From: Podarcis erhardii | Lineage: Eukaryota | Assembly: GCA_964252035.1 (NCBI GenBank) | Contig: OZ176205.1 | DNA length: 64,000 nucleotides | Reading direction: 5' to 3' (one strand) | Shown here: piece by piece, positions 34,201 through 46,100 of the stretch | How positions within the stretch are numbered: position 1 is the stretch's first letter | Layout of the letters: each line of letters opens with the position of its first letter | The notes under the pieces: model-generated | Seen by the model: the letters and a program-made list of their open reading frames with translations, nothing else | The model's database searches: none | What the model was told of the DNA's origin: nothing | Translations under genes and position numbers: made by a program

Positions 34201-35569
34201 TGGAGCACAATTTCTGTTCTCATCCTGAAGCAAAGTTCTTAACCCGAGGTACTATTTCTGGGTTAGCGGAGTCTGTAACCTGAAGCGTATGTAATCCGAG
34301 GTACCACTGTATTAGGAAACAAGATGATAAGCAAATGCCACTTTCATTATGTAATTTAGGCCCGAGTGAAAATAAGAGAAACAAGACAAAGCCATAACAC
34401 AAGCTAAGAGTGTGTTCTTCAGAAGGATTTAGTACCTGCTATCCCAGCCTTCACAAAGTGCATGCCCTCCAGCTGTTTTGAATGACAACTCTTCATCAGC
34501 TCCAACCAGGACAATTGTACTGGCCGGGGCTGATGGAAGTTGTGGTCCCAAGCATCTATAGGGCACCAGGTTGCCAAAGGGTGGGCTATCCTATTCTATG
34601 ACCTTGTCATTAAATACAACGAAAATTCAATTGCATTTTTACTAGGTTTGCCAGTGTTTTTAGATATTTGACACACACAGAACGAAAGATACCAAGTTTT
34701 TTTGCAATGCTGCTCACAGAACAGGCAAAGCAGCTGTCCTTCCTCATTCACAGCAGGAACCAAAAGCATGTTCAACTCCTCTAACATTTTTTGAGGGGGT
34801 AGGTGGTGGGTATTATTGGTATATAATTAATTTTGTTGTATCATTTTGTTGTAAGCCAGCTTGAGAGAATTGACCATGAAAGGCAGCATATGCATTGTGA
34901 AATAAATGAAGTATGTAAAAACTTCAGGTGCAAGCTAATAAGTTATGCAAGCAGAACAAACATTGAAATTGATACTGTATAAGCATTTAACAGAGCACCG
35001 TAGCATCATCACATCTAAAAATTTCAGTGCAATCTAAGTGCCTTGCACCCAGTCTACACTAAGCAAGTCTCATTGCCAATGCTTTAACCCTATAGCTAAG
35101 TTCCTGAAACTAATTCATCATGCTGCACTTGAACCAAACAAGAAATACACAGAACCACAAACAGAAAGCCAAGAAATCGGCTGGTTTTCCACACCTTTGG
35201 TAAGTGGGTTTTTAAGGAGCTTCTGGGGAAGTGTATGTAGTTGTCTGGCATTTTAAGAATCCAGACTTTACAGGAAAATAATTTTAAGCTGTTATAGCTA
35301 TGGAGAAAGCTTTGAAAGTTTGTAAGGAGTACCTGGTTGGCTATCAGAATCTAGACATTTCACCAAATGGGGAGATAATTTGGGGAAAATATTCAAATCC
35401 TAGCTCCTCCCTTACGCCAAATGTTCTTATACTATGGTAATATTCTCCTTCACAGATCAGTGTAAACCGGAATGACAACAGGCTATACTTCCCAAGTCGG
35501 AGCACTGAAATCACCAGATATATGGCAGCTATGTGGCGCCTGAAGGGGATGACAAAAGATAAGCGATAA
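31273..35569 (+). CDS. CFAP144: Cilia- and flagella-associated protein 144 (FAM183A), 137 aa. Exons: 31273-31408, 33024-33083, 35096-35199, 35456-35569
   Basis: [57 protein letters not shown] and EITRY match recalled FAM183A. GT-AG, 414 nt in frame. Adjacent to EBNA1BP2, as in human. Confidence 0.95.
31930..32105 (+). mobile_element. tRNA-head squamate SINE
   Basis: GGGGCTGTAGCTCAGTG, B-box GGTTCAATTCC, tail GGTATAAGGCAGCTTCCT; related to 2569-2768. Confidence 0.65.
34084..34309. mobile_element. Tigger/pogo-type MITE
   Basis: TIRs CAGTGGTACCTC.GGTTA / TAATCCGAGGTACCACTG with TA TSDs. Confidence 0.85.
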
Positions 35570-35731
35570 AGGAACACAGCATTGCAGGACTTTAAGGGAA
35601 GGACTGTAGACATAAATTTAGGCTTCCAGACTTCCATGGTCTCCATCTTTTAATTATTGCAAAGCATAAGACAGAGGCCTGACACAGGGTGCAAGGCAGT
35701 GGGTATAGGAAAGTCCTGTGTTATGTGAACG

Positions 35732-35748
35732 TTTAATATTACAATAAA
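35732..35748. terminator. Opposed poly(A) signals ATTAAA(-) 35737-32 and AATAAA(+) 35743-48
   Basis: TTTAAT-ATTAC-AATAAA between the CFAP144 and EBNA1BP2 stop codons. Confidence 0.5.
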
Positions 35749-36392
35749 CCTGCCCTGAAACTGCCTGCTATTCTTTCTGCCACCATATTCATTTTGTACA
35801 AGTCATCAGTTTTTATAGTGGGTGGATAGGACAATCTGTTTCTCAACCAGAAGTTGTGGTATGAGCAGCAACAGTAGTTCATGTGATTGTTTGCTGGTAA
35901 ACCACCAGCTTCTGCTGTTGAATGGAAGAGGAGGACCCAATGCCCTTAGCAAAGAAAGTCATAAAGTGGCAGAAATACAAAAGCTATTGCTTCGTACTCT
36001 GCATGCACCACTGCTGGGTGACAAGGAGGAGCACACAGGATGATGTTATGTATGAGGTACCAAAAAAATTGAAGGATTTAGTGAGACCCTGTGCAAACCA
36101 GAAAGGATCTCTCCCAACCTGACACAGATGATCAAGCTATCAAAACTTTTAAATTCACAATCTTGCACAAGGAGGATCAAGAAAGACCAAATCAGTATGA
36201 AATATAGGCAACCAGAAGCTTCTGCTTGTTATTTATGTATGAGAAGGGCATACACCCAGTGTCAGGCAGTACCACTTGCTGACTCTGAATGGCAATCTGA
36301 ATGGCTATGTTGTCCAGGTCAGCATCACTTCACGCCAACGTTCCGTAGGGAATCACACTTCACAAAGAAGGAAAGGTCACCCATTTTACTCA

Positions 36393-39300
36393 TTATCGGG
36401 AACGGTTCTTCATTTTCTGCCTCACCTTCTTGCCAGGCCTCTTCTAAAATGAGATACAAGTTGAATGTTATCATTTTACTACCTTAGCTATACTGTACAA
36501 GGGAAAGGGTGACAGCAGGGAGGGAGAGGGGGAGCTGTGTACCACAATGGGCTGTTTCACATGTAATGGCAAGCCAAGCCTTGTGGGTTGCTTTTCTGGG
36601 TCCAGGCGCAAGGCAGAGTGACTGAACAGTCCTGCTTGTTGCTCATTCACAGAATGCCATTGTTACTGTGGCTTAATGTGAGGTGTGAACCAGCTCAGCG
36701 AATGCTCCACTAGCAGCCAGATTACAGCAAGATTTTCCCAGTTGGCAGCTGTTTGCTAATTTTTATTTATGCCAGCAGAAGACACCCTGATAAATTTTAA
36801 TCATTTAATTTATGCACTTACAAATTTAATGAATTCATACCCTGCCTTACAAAGTTCACTAAAAAAGAAGATAGCAATATATAAAGCAATGTAAGTAAAA
36901 CTCAAACACACACCCACAATATGAACAGCAGCCATAAATAAATACTAAGAGCTCACTCTAAACCATAAGAAGTGTAGCCTGATTAAAATCCCTCCAAATT
37001 ATATGAATGCATTGGTAAATTACTATAAGCCACTTCTGTCCATTAACATTAAATGTCTAAATAAAAACAATTCATGGCAGGTACTCACACTGGCACCCTT
37101 TTTCCCTGCTTTCCCAGGACCCTTGTGGTGGGCCACACTAGCACGGAAGTTGGATGTATCATTGTGACTTTCTCGAGTGTTCCATTTTGACCCTTTCTTC
37201 TTGCCACCAAAACCAAACTTCTGATTCTTGTAGCGTCGTTTGGCACTTGGTCTGAAAGAAAAACAACCAGCTAATTATGGCTGGGTACTTAGCCATCTTT
37301 CTACCCAAAAACTGGCCGGCTCCTCAGCACACATTTTTATCTTTCTCTCCCTGCCCTCAAAAGGAATTATTCCAACTTCAGTACACCGTTATTTTAAGGA
37401 GCACCCCACACCCCCTCCTGACACTTCACAACCCGCTTCCCACTTTGCCAGACACCTAACGGCAAAGACTACTCATTCAGCATCAAACAGAAACACTGGA
37501 AGCCAGTAGTCAGTTTGCTTTTTCTGTGTACCCAAACAGCAGCAGTTCTAAGGCTGTAGGTCTCAGACAGTTCAATCTTACTAGCTCTGAGAGCATCAGT
37601 CTTAGGTGTTAGGTATGAAAGAAGTTAAATTTTTATCTTGGGCTCCAGTGCTGTCGGTGTGATGGCAGTGAGATCAACTTGGGATCCAACTGGCCAGCTC
37701 AGCCCCTCCCCACCTCCAAAACACCGTTTTGTCACCAGCAGGCACCTCACTGACAACACTTGTGCACATGCATTTGCAAATGAAAGGGGCAGTGCCACAT
37801 CAATGGAATGACATGCCACTCAGCTGCCATCAGGAGGCTGCTTTAGCTGAGAGAGCTGGGCAGAGGGACACCTTTGGCCAATCCAACCCAATCGCTGCCG
37901 CCTCGCTCCCCCTCCAGTGCTCTGCTAATGAATCAACTTTTGTTATTAGAAGAACTTAGAACTTAAACATGAAACAAAACAAAACTGATCCAATAAAAGA
38001 CTTATTCATGGTAAAGCAAAAGAAATGCAAGTTTTAGTAGACATCCCGGCACTTCACAGGCCTTACCCTTTATTTTTATGCTGGCCTCCAGCCCCCGCCT
38101 TCTTTCCCTGAGTTGCTGGTGCTTTTTCACCTTCCAAGAAGTCCAGCTTGTCCGAAAGACCTGAATAAAAGACAGAATAAATGAGCTGCATGCCAAGCCA
38201 GAAAAGAAACTCCAGGACAAACACTGCAGGAAGGCTTGCTTTGTCACCCAAAGAGGTATATCTATGCACAGGAATATTGTGCAGCATTTAGAACTAAGGC
38301 CCGGGGGCCGGATCCAGCCCAATTGCCTTCTAAATCCAGCCCGCGGACGGTCTGGGAATCAGCATGTTTTTACAGGAGTAAAATGCATCTCTGGGTTATT
38401 TGTGGGGCATAGATATTCGTTCATTTTCCCCCCTCAAAATATAGGTCTGAGGGACAGTGGACCGGCCCCCTGCCAAAAAAGTTTGCTGACCCCTGATTTA
38501 GACTCTCAAGTACTAGATTATAATTTCTATATTTTCTATGCAGCAGTGGCTGGAGGTATCAACAAGCTTTCCCACAAACCAAGTTCTTGCAACATGGACT
38601 ACACATAAGCCTTCCTTTAGGTATTCTACTTGCATGCAAAAGCAACACAGCAACAGCAGAGCTCTGAATCATGCAGGGAGCTTCCACAACCCAGGAAGCT
38701 CTCTGCTTCAGAAGTGTGCCCTCCCAAGTTGTGGAGGGACTGTGATGGAGCTGAGCATACTTAGCCCCTCTCTCATGTTGCTTTTACATGCAAGTGGAAT
38801 GCCTGAAGAGGGATACAATTTTCTACTGCTGTAGTAAGGGTTGGGGGAGGGAGTAGTGAAGGATAACGTGGGAGTGGAGTGCCTCACCTTTCTGGTATTT
38901 CTTGATTGCATTCAGCATTGTGGATTTCTCCTTCTGCCTCTTCTGCAGCACCTCAGTTTGGACCTACCAACAAGAAATAAAAAGTGAGGCTTTCCTTCCA
39001 CAGTACCCCAGTCCTTTCCAAAATGCTCCCTTTTTTGCACACACATGTATCCTTCCCACACCCTAGGAGTCCTGTTCATGATATTTCTAGATACTTATGC
39101 CAAAGGATTCCAATGCTGAGACTGCCAATCAAAACAATGGGTGTGTCTTTCCCGCTTCCTCCATTCCAAGGGGGCTTCTATGTTTTTGTCACCATTTTTC
39201 TCACCTTTTTGCCGTATTTTCTCAGGGCACGGAGCTGTTTGGCTCTTTCAGACTTTTCCATTGCTTCTTGTTTACTCTTCAGCTTATGCCGAATCTAATT

Positions 39301-42300
39301 GAGAGAGAGCAACCAAAGTGCTTTTTATGCAGATGAAAGCAGGTTCCCTGAATTTGTGACTATGGAAATCTGCTTGTTTGTGGCAATGATGCTCTTTTTA
39401 ATTTCAGAAATGAAAAGCAAACAGCTCAGTGTGCTGCACTCCTAAACATGAATTTTGACAATTGCTTCAACTGTTTAGGACTACTCAAACTCTATAACTG
39501 TTGGGCAAAAGTTGCTGTCTTTCTCCAGCAAGGTCACACAAGACAAGAAAAAGCATCATGCCAGAAACTCATAACCCACCATTATTTGTTGGATACATAA
39601 TGACCAAAGAGAGAGGTAAGAGCAGATGCACAAGTTCACTATTAATGCCTCAAAATGCATCCATGGCCTTAGATGGATCATTCTGTTAATACAGAAAAAA
39701 TGACAGTTCTCTAAAGAGCTTGATAAGGATGTATTGCTGCCAAAGAATTGCTACAGAATCCAAGGCTAATTCTTTATTCTGAAGGCCCAAGACAATATGC
39801 AGCAGGGATGGGAACCTCTGACCCAAAGGCTTAACTAGGCCTGACACAGGTTCCAACTGAGTCTGCAAGACCTGTTTCCCTAAACTACACACATTTGCCC
39901 CATACCCAATGTTGTATGTGATAGCAGCATTATGTTCCACACAAAATCAATCTTCATTATAGTCCCTCTTTCTTAAGAGTTCAGTACAAACTGAAAATGC
40001 TCACAAGCAAGCTTTTTATGGCCTTTTATTAACAAATTTTTAATTAACAATTCATGATCTGTAGCATTATGCACTGAGAAGAACTTTGCTAGAGCTCTTT
40101 TTCTCCATTAGCTGATGCATTACAATCAGGCACCATCAAAATACCTGACCCAATGAGCCACAATTTTGTATATGAGCAGCAACATATCTATTATAGCAGC
40201 CAGATGAGAAAAGAAGAGGAACCATGCACCTTACCTTCTGCATCTGCTGATCAGATTTTGCCATCTCTGCAAAATAGTCATCAGGCCGCCTTGTAGGGAT
40301 TTTGAACTTATGCAGCCGAGGCAAAGCTTCTAAAACAGATGCTTGGGCTTGACGATAGCTGGAAACACAGGATAATGTATTAAGATGTTATATGCAAGCA
40401 GCCATTGGACCATTAGTAAATTGTTACTTTTTCCATTGGACAATAAAAAACTCTTGAACTACTAACATATTGTTCCATTGTGCATATGGCTGAAAAAAGC
40501 TAAAAGCTCAACACACCAGGCTGATAAGAAGCAGCTCTACTTCCTACACACAGACTTACAAGCTCATCTCTCTCTTGAAGTCATCCTCAGGGTCAACATC
40601 ATCTTTGTCAAGTGTTTGACTAGAAGCTGCATTTGTGGCACTTGTTTCCAAATGAGAGGTAACATCAAGCCTTTCAATCCAGGCCAGGTGTTTCTGGAAT
40701 TCAGACAAGCACTGCTTCAATCCATCCTAGAAAAGAGCATATTAATTGTGTATTAAATGCAACGCAAAATCTACACGATAACTAACATGCCAACCATGTT
40801 AGAATCTCTCCAACCCAAACAGACCATGTCCTGATACTCCCACCCCAAAAAGATGCATTGTCTTCTGCTCACTATCAAAACAGATGCCAGAGGTTTTTGA
40901 GCCTCAAACTCCTCCTAGTGCTTCAGTCTTAACAATGACAACACAAACAGAGGCCAATACAGAATTTCTTCTATAAATTTGAAAGAAACTGAATAACTTA
41001 AGGGATTTTATCAGCCTGCAGAACATGGTACCACTCTTATTTTGATAGAGTGTAGTCAAATAAGTGTCAACTTTTTTTCTTGTCCCACCTCCAACATGTC
41101 TTGATGGTCCAAATAAGTAAAGCATCAAGTTACCATGTAAGTGGTGGATGATGCCCTATCTAAAAGATGAGACTCATCAAGCATGCAGATAAATAAGCCC
41201 AAGCCATTCCAAAAATTGAAAAGGACTGTAGATGCCAGGAATTCAGTTTAAAGGTTTAGTTCAGCAGATAGACTGAACTGAGTGGCTGAACAATTTTATT
41301 CTGGCTAAATGGTATACCCATCCAAATGAAGCTCAATCTGCCCACACAAATTAATCCCACAAAGGTCATGTTCGTACAGCACTCACCACGTTGTTGAAAG
41401 CTTTCGGCTGTCCCTCTAGCACAACGTTTAGGCCTGGCTTGATTGAACCTTTAGAAAATGCGTCTTGGAGCTATATGGAAGAAAAGTTATAAAATCAGCA
41501 GCATCCCAGATTGCTGAAACAGAAGGAAGTTAGCTCACCCACCCCAAACCCTTAATAATAAAAACCTTGGAAAACGTAAGAAACAAAGCACACAGGAGCA
41601 CAAGTGAGAGGAAACCTAAAATTAAGCGCTCAAATTGCAAGTGATTAGACAAAGCAGCTCTCTATCTGCCCTATGTAAGCATGCTTTGCTTTCGATGCTG
41701 AATTGACACTGTACTATGACGTGCTACTGTGAACAGGTATTGGTGGCTAGGAGTGTGAGTCGGTAAGCTACTAACTCAAATTTCACTCTAGTCATAAACC
41801 AACTAGGCAAGCTGCTATTCTTTCCACCTCAGCTGCTTACTTACAATATGAACAATAATATAGGGCTATTACTTAAAACACCAAAAAATGTATGTGATGT
41901 ATGATGAACCCATGAAATGGGTTGTGGAAGCTCCCTACACAATTCACTATGGAGAGACGTTCAGTGTTGCCTGGTGTTACACCATCACATGAGCAGCTCT
42001 AGCTAACAAGGACTAGCCCTGCTGTCTCTGTGTTGCTTCTACATGCAAGTAAAGATATTTATATAGGGAAATGCCCTATATAAATTTTATTTTTAAGGTA
42101 TTGCTATTATATAAATATAGTCCTGCTTACAACCTTTGTAAGAAATGAAGTGTAGCCCTCCACGGCAGGCTACAGAGAAATGAGCTAAACATCACCAGCC
42201 ATAACAAACATCCTGCCCACACTCCAGCGCAGCATGATCACAGCACTAAACTTACCTCTCGGTCAGTGACAAGAGACTCTTCCGAATCCGATGAAGAGAA

Positions 42301-42327
42301 GCCCTCCTCCATCTCTACGTGAGGCAT
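36393..42327 (-). CDS. EBNA1BP2: rRNA-processing protein EBP2, 306 aa. Exons (-): 42327-42256, 41470-41387, 40726-40560, 40358-40235, 39294-39205, 38963-38888, 38160-38067, 37251-37089, 36443-36393
   Basis: ESLVTDRE/LQDAFS, DPEDDFKREMSFYRQAQA, RRPDDYFAEMAKSDQQMQK, KQLRALRKYGKKVQ, KNQKFGFGGKKKGSKWNT, KRPGK. All introns GT-AG; 921 nt in frame. Confidence 0.98.
38290..38495 (+). mobile_element. hAT MITE fragment, same family as 9701-9996
   Basis: Shared GGTCTGGGAATCAGCATGTTTTTAC..ATGCATCTCTGGGTTATTTGTGGGGC..GGTCTGAGGGAC..GCTGACCCCTG. Confidence 0.8.
41947..42008 (+). repeat. 62-bp dispersed direct repeat, copy A (copy B at 49861-49922)
   Basis: 60/62 identity by direct alignment. Confidence 0.9.
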
Positions 42328-42599
42328 TGCACACTGTGCTTTGGGGCGCCTCGAATCCACCGAGCTACACGAAGAACGGGGGGGGGGGGACACAGAAAGT
42401 GCGCTCCACCTTCAATTTCTCCACTGGAGAGATTGGTATTGCTTCCCCGCCTCCCCGCGGCCAGGCTGGTAAAAGACGGAGAAACGGCAAACATTTAAAT
42501 TCCGGGAATGCTTCACCTGTTGAACTTCCACCTGCCGCCCCAAAACATTCCTAACGTTGCATTAAGCCGAACCTGGGGCTTCTTCCCTGCCTAGAAACC

Positions 42600-43150
42600 G
42601 CCTCGCGTTTTATAATCCTGCTCGGAAGGAGCCCCCGCTGTATTCAATAGCGCTTACTCCCACGTAAACCATACATACTACTATAGACTTGGTCTTACCA
42701 CGACTCCTCTTCTGGCGGCCCCTTCCACGACTCCAGCCAGACGCTGGTTCAGAAACCACGCGGAACGGCACAAAGCTACTTCCGGTTTCCGTGTATTTCC
42801 TCTTCCGGTTAGAGTTCCCCACCTCCCCCGCCCGCTCGCCGTGCGACCAGGACGCCGTCTCCATAGCAACCAGCCTCGACTTCCTTTTTTCTGCTCTTTT
42901 TACCTTAAGGCCAGAGAGAGAGAGAGAGAGAGAAGCAGAGAGACAGTTGAGCTGAGCGGGACCCCAAAGGGGAGAGAGGTCTGGGTAGTTAGGGAAGAGC
43001 AAGACCCGGGACGAGCAAGCAAAACGACTTGGCGGGGCGGGGCCCCCTCCCTGGGCGCCTGCTGGGGAAGGAGCACGACAACCCCACCTGGGAAATCTTC
43101 CTAACGCTTTTTTCTCTTTTTCCAGCAAAGTTTGCTGACTCTCAGGCGCC
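42600..43150. promoter_or_regulatory. CpG-island bidirectional promoter EBNA1BP2/CFAP57
   Basis: Tandem ETS/GABP sites ACTTCCGG 42778-85 and TCTTCCGG 42801-08; RFX X-box GTCTCCATAGCAAC 42857-70; (AG)10 at 42913-32; GC box GGGGCGGGG near 43033. Confidence 0.75.
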
Positions 43151-46100
43151 ATGTCGGTGATTGTGGCGCAAGCCCTCCATATCTTTGGCTTCCAGTCTCG
43201 GGTGGCAAATAATATTTGCTTCTTCGATGAACAGATCATAGTGTACCCTGCGGGGAATAGCTGTGTGAAATATCACATTGAGCAGAAATGGCAGAAGTTC
43301 ATCCCAGGTAAATCAGCTTCCTCCTCTTCCTCCTCCCCACCCCGCTCTCCCATGTCCCTTCACTGCCAAGGCTGAAATTTAGGAAAGGAAGCTGGAAGGT
43401 GCAGCCACCCTCCTGAAATATCAGTCTTCTAAATAGGCAAGGCCTCGTCTGCATTCCTAGCTGCCGACCCTTCCCTTTCAGATTTTAGACATGATACTTG
43501 TGCTATTTCTTACTAATAAAGTAGCCACCTGGGTTTAAATAGTTGCAGTGTTAAAGATTCAGGCTCGGAACCATAGCTGTCAACTTTCAGATTTGAAAAT
43601 AAGGGATCAGCAGACTCACCTGTCCTGGGGACAGTCTATGGGATATCTAACAATCCGGGATAGCAGCGGGAAGTGGCGCTGGAATAAGGGAATTTCCCGC
43701 AAAAAAAAGGGAAGGTATGCTCAGAACCCACATATCACATTAAAGTTGGTTTCCAAAAAAATAATTACAGTATTTGTTTTTATATGCTTTCACAACAATG
43801 TTGTTGACACTGGTAGGAAACTTCATGCTTCATGGTTTCCAAAAAATAATTACAGTATTTGTTTTTATATGCTTTCACAACAATGTCGTTGACACTTGGT
43901 TGCAAAGTGGCTTCTGCCCATTGTTATGTTCTGTCTAGATTTAGGTGAAATATAAACATTTTCGCTTCTTGCTTATGCTGTTTTAAAATGCAACTTCCCA
44001 TTAGGTGTATATTTTAGAGATGGTTATGTTCAAGCATTGCTGAACAATTCATCTGAGTATCCTTGGAATGTTTTTGTATAAACTGCTTAGATATTGATTA
44101 TATTAAGTGGTATTAAAATGTCATAAATAAACAAAACAGATGTTCAGGAAACTATGGTTTAGCATCCTGTGAATCAACCTGAGTGAAGTTTTTAAGCAGA
44201 GGTTGAATGGCCACCTGTCATGTGATTCCTTCATTGCAGGGGGTTGGACTAGATGACCCTTGAGGTTCCTTCCAACTCTATGATTCTATGATTCCATGGG
44301 CCTTGCTCTTGCATGCTTCTCTCTCCTTTAGGGTGGCTGTGTTGAGGAGATTGGAAGTGCTAGCCTATGTTACCAGTTACCTGACATTTAATTATTGTTT
44401 ATTGAAACAAGCCAAGTTTGTAAACCAATATTTGAAGCTTGGCTTGTTTTAGTAAAAGAGCAAAGTGACCGCAATCCCCTCTCTGAGAACCTGCATGGTC
44501 ACAGATTCATGCTAATACATAGATTCAACTATGCTAATACATAGTTTGGCTTAATGTTATGTGTGAACTGAGCCAGTGTCTCTACAACAAGGAAATTATT
44601 GGGATTTCAATTTCCTGGATTATCATCTCTATAATCATCTCAGTAATATGTAGTTATTTCCTGAAGTCTTTGAAAAAAGGTGAAGCCCACATGGGCAACC
44701 TTGATATTAGACTTGGCTCCTGAAAATGTAATGTTCCTACATGAAGCTCACATAAGCTTTTTCTCTGTGCTTTATAGGCTCAGAAAAGAGCCAAGGGATG
44801 CTAGCACTGGCAATTAGTCCAAATCGACGCTATCTCGCTATTTCAGAGATACTGCAGGATAAACCTACCATCACAATCTATGAACTGTCATCTGTCCCAT
44901 GCAAGAAGCGGAAGATCTTGAACAGTTTTGATTTTGCGGTCCAAGAATTTATTAGTGTAGCTTTTTCCCCTGATTCCAAATATCTAGTGGCGCAGACAGG
45001 ACCTCCTGAATCAAACCTTGCCTACTGGATGTGGGAAAAGCAAAGAACAATGGCAATTATCAAGGTTGATGTCCAGAACAATCCTCTTTATCAGGTAACA
45101 TAGAAGAGAAGCACCACATGCATCAGTATAGTACTTGGGTACATGAGGTAATTATCGCCACTTGTCATTGCCTCAAAGAGAAAGACTCTGCCTCCACCAT
45201 TGGAGACTTCAGTGAGAAAAGTTGCCATATGGAGATAGACTCAGTGTGAAATCTCAGATCTTTTGTTCACATTCACATATTTACATATACGTCTGAGACA
45301 CAGAACTTGCATGATTGAATGGGTATATAAGCATTGCAGATCCGCAACTATACTTTTGTCTTTTTCTTGACCCTGGTGGTTAAGGTGTATGGAGTGTTAG
45401 GGGAGGGGTAGTTCTTCTGGTGGAGAACATATTGTGCTCCTTCTGAGGTAGTTTGTCTACCTTTGGTCCCAAGAAAGGGGTCCTGTTTGGGCAGCCCAGG
45501 ACCTCCATACACACTGTCCAGGCTTGTGCCCTAGGGAGGTCACTTCGGTGCTGTTAACACAGAAGTTTGACTTCACCCCTGGAGGCGCACTCCATTGTCT
45601 CTTGTCTCAACAAGTGGTTGAGAATTGTACTGCAGTGTAACATCCTTATTTATTTCACAAACTATGTGTCCTAAACGTGGCTCCTAGCTGGAGTCAGTTT
45701 TCTTATTTAGGTTGCTTAGGCAGAACTCTGCAGTTACAAAGAAGGACGGGACAAATTCCCTACTCTATTCCTTGTTTTATCATGGAGGCCTTTTTTTCTG
45801 AAGTATTATGTTTAAATATTTATGATTTTTGTTCCTGTTTGTTTCCTTTATTTTTACACATTTTATATTGTAACACTCTGGTGACCTTTGCTCTTAATTT
45901 TTTTAATCAATTGTTCATGTTGCTCATCAAGTAATCATTTATTTTATATTGTTTTCCTTTCCAGGTGAGCTTCAATCCACAGGATAACACCCAAGTCTGT
46001 GTTACAGGATATGGCATTTTTAAGCTATTTAGATACACAGAAGGAACCTTAAAACAGACCAACTTCTTGCGAGGGGAACCTCAAAACTACCTGTCTCATG

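Noticed and set aside
41947-42008. Possible intronic C/D snoRNA (GTGATGG..CTGA on the EBNA1BP2 strand)
   Set aside because: The C box is degenerate, the C-D spacing is too short and there is no terminal stem. The second copy lies antisense to its host gene.
42610-43239. 209-aa minus-strand ORF across the EBNA1BP2/CFAP57 promoter
   Set aside because: GC-rich CpG island and antisense to CFAP57 exon 1, low complexity (SLSLSL from the AG repeat), with no homology I recognise.
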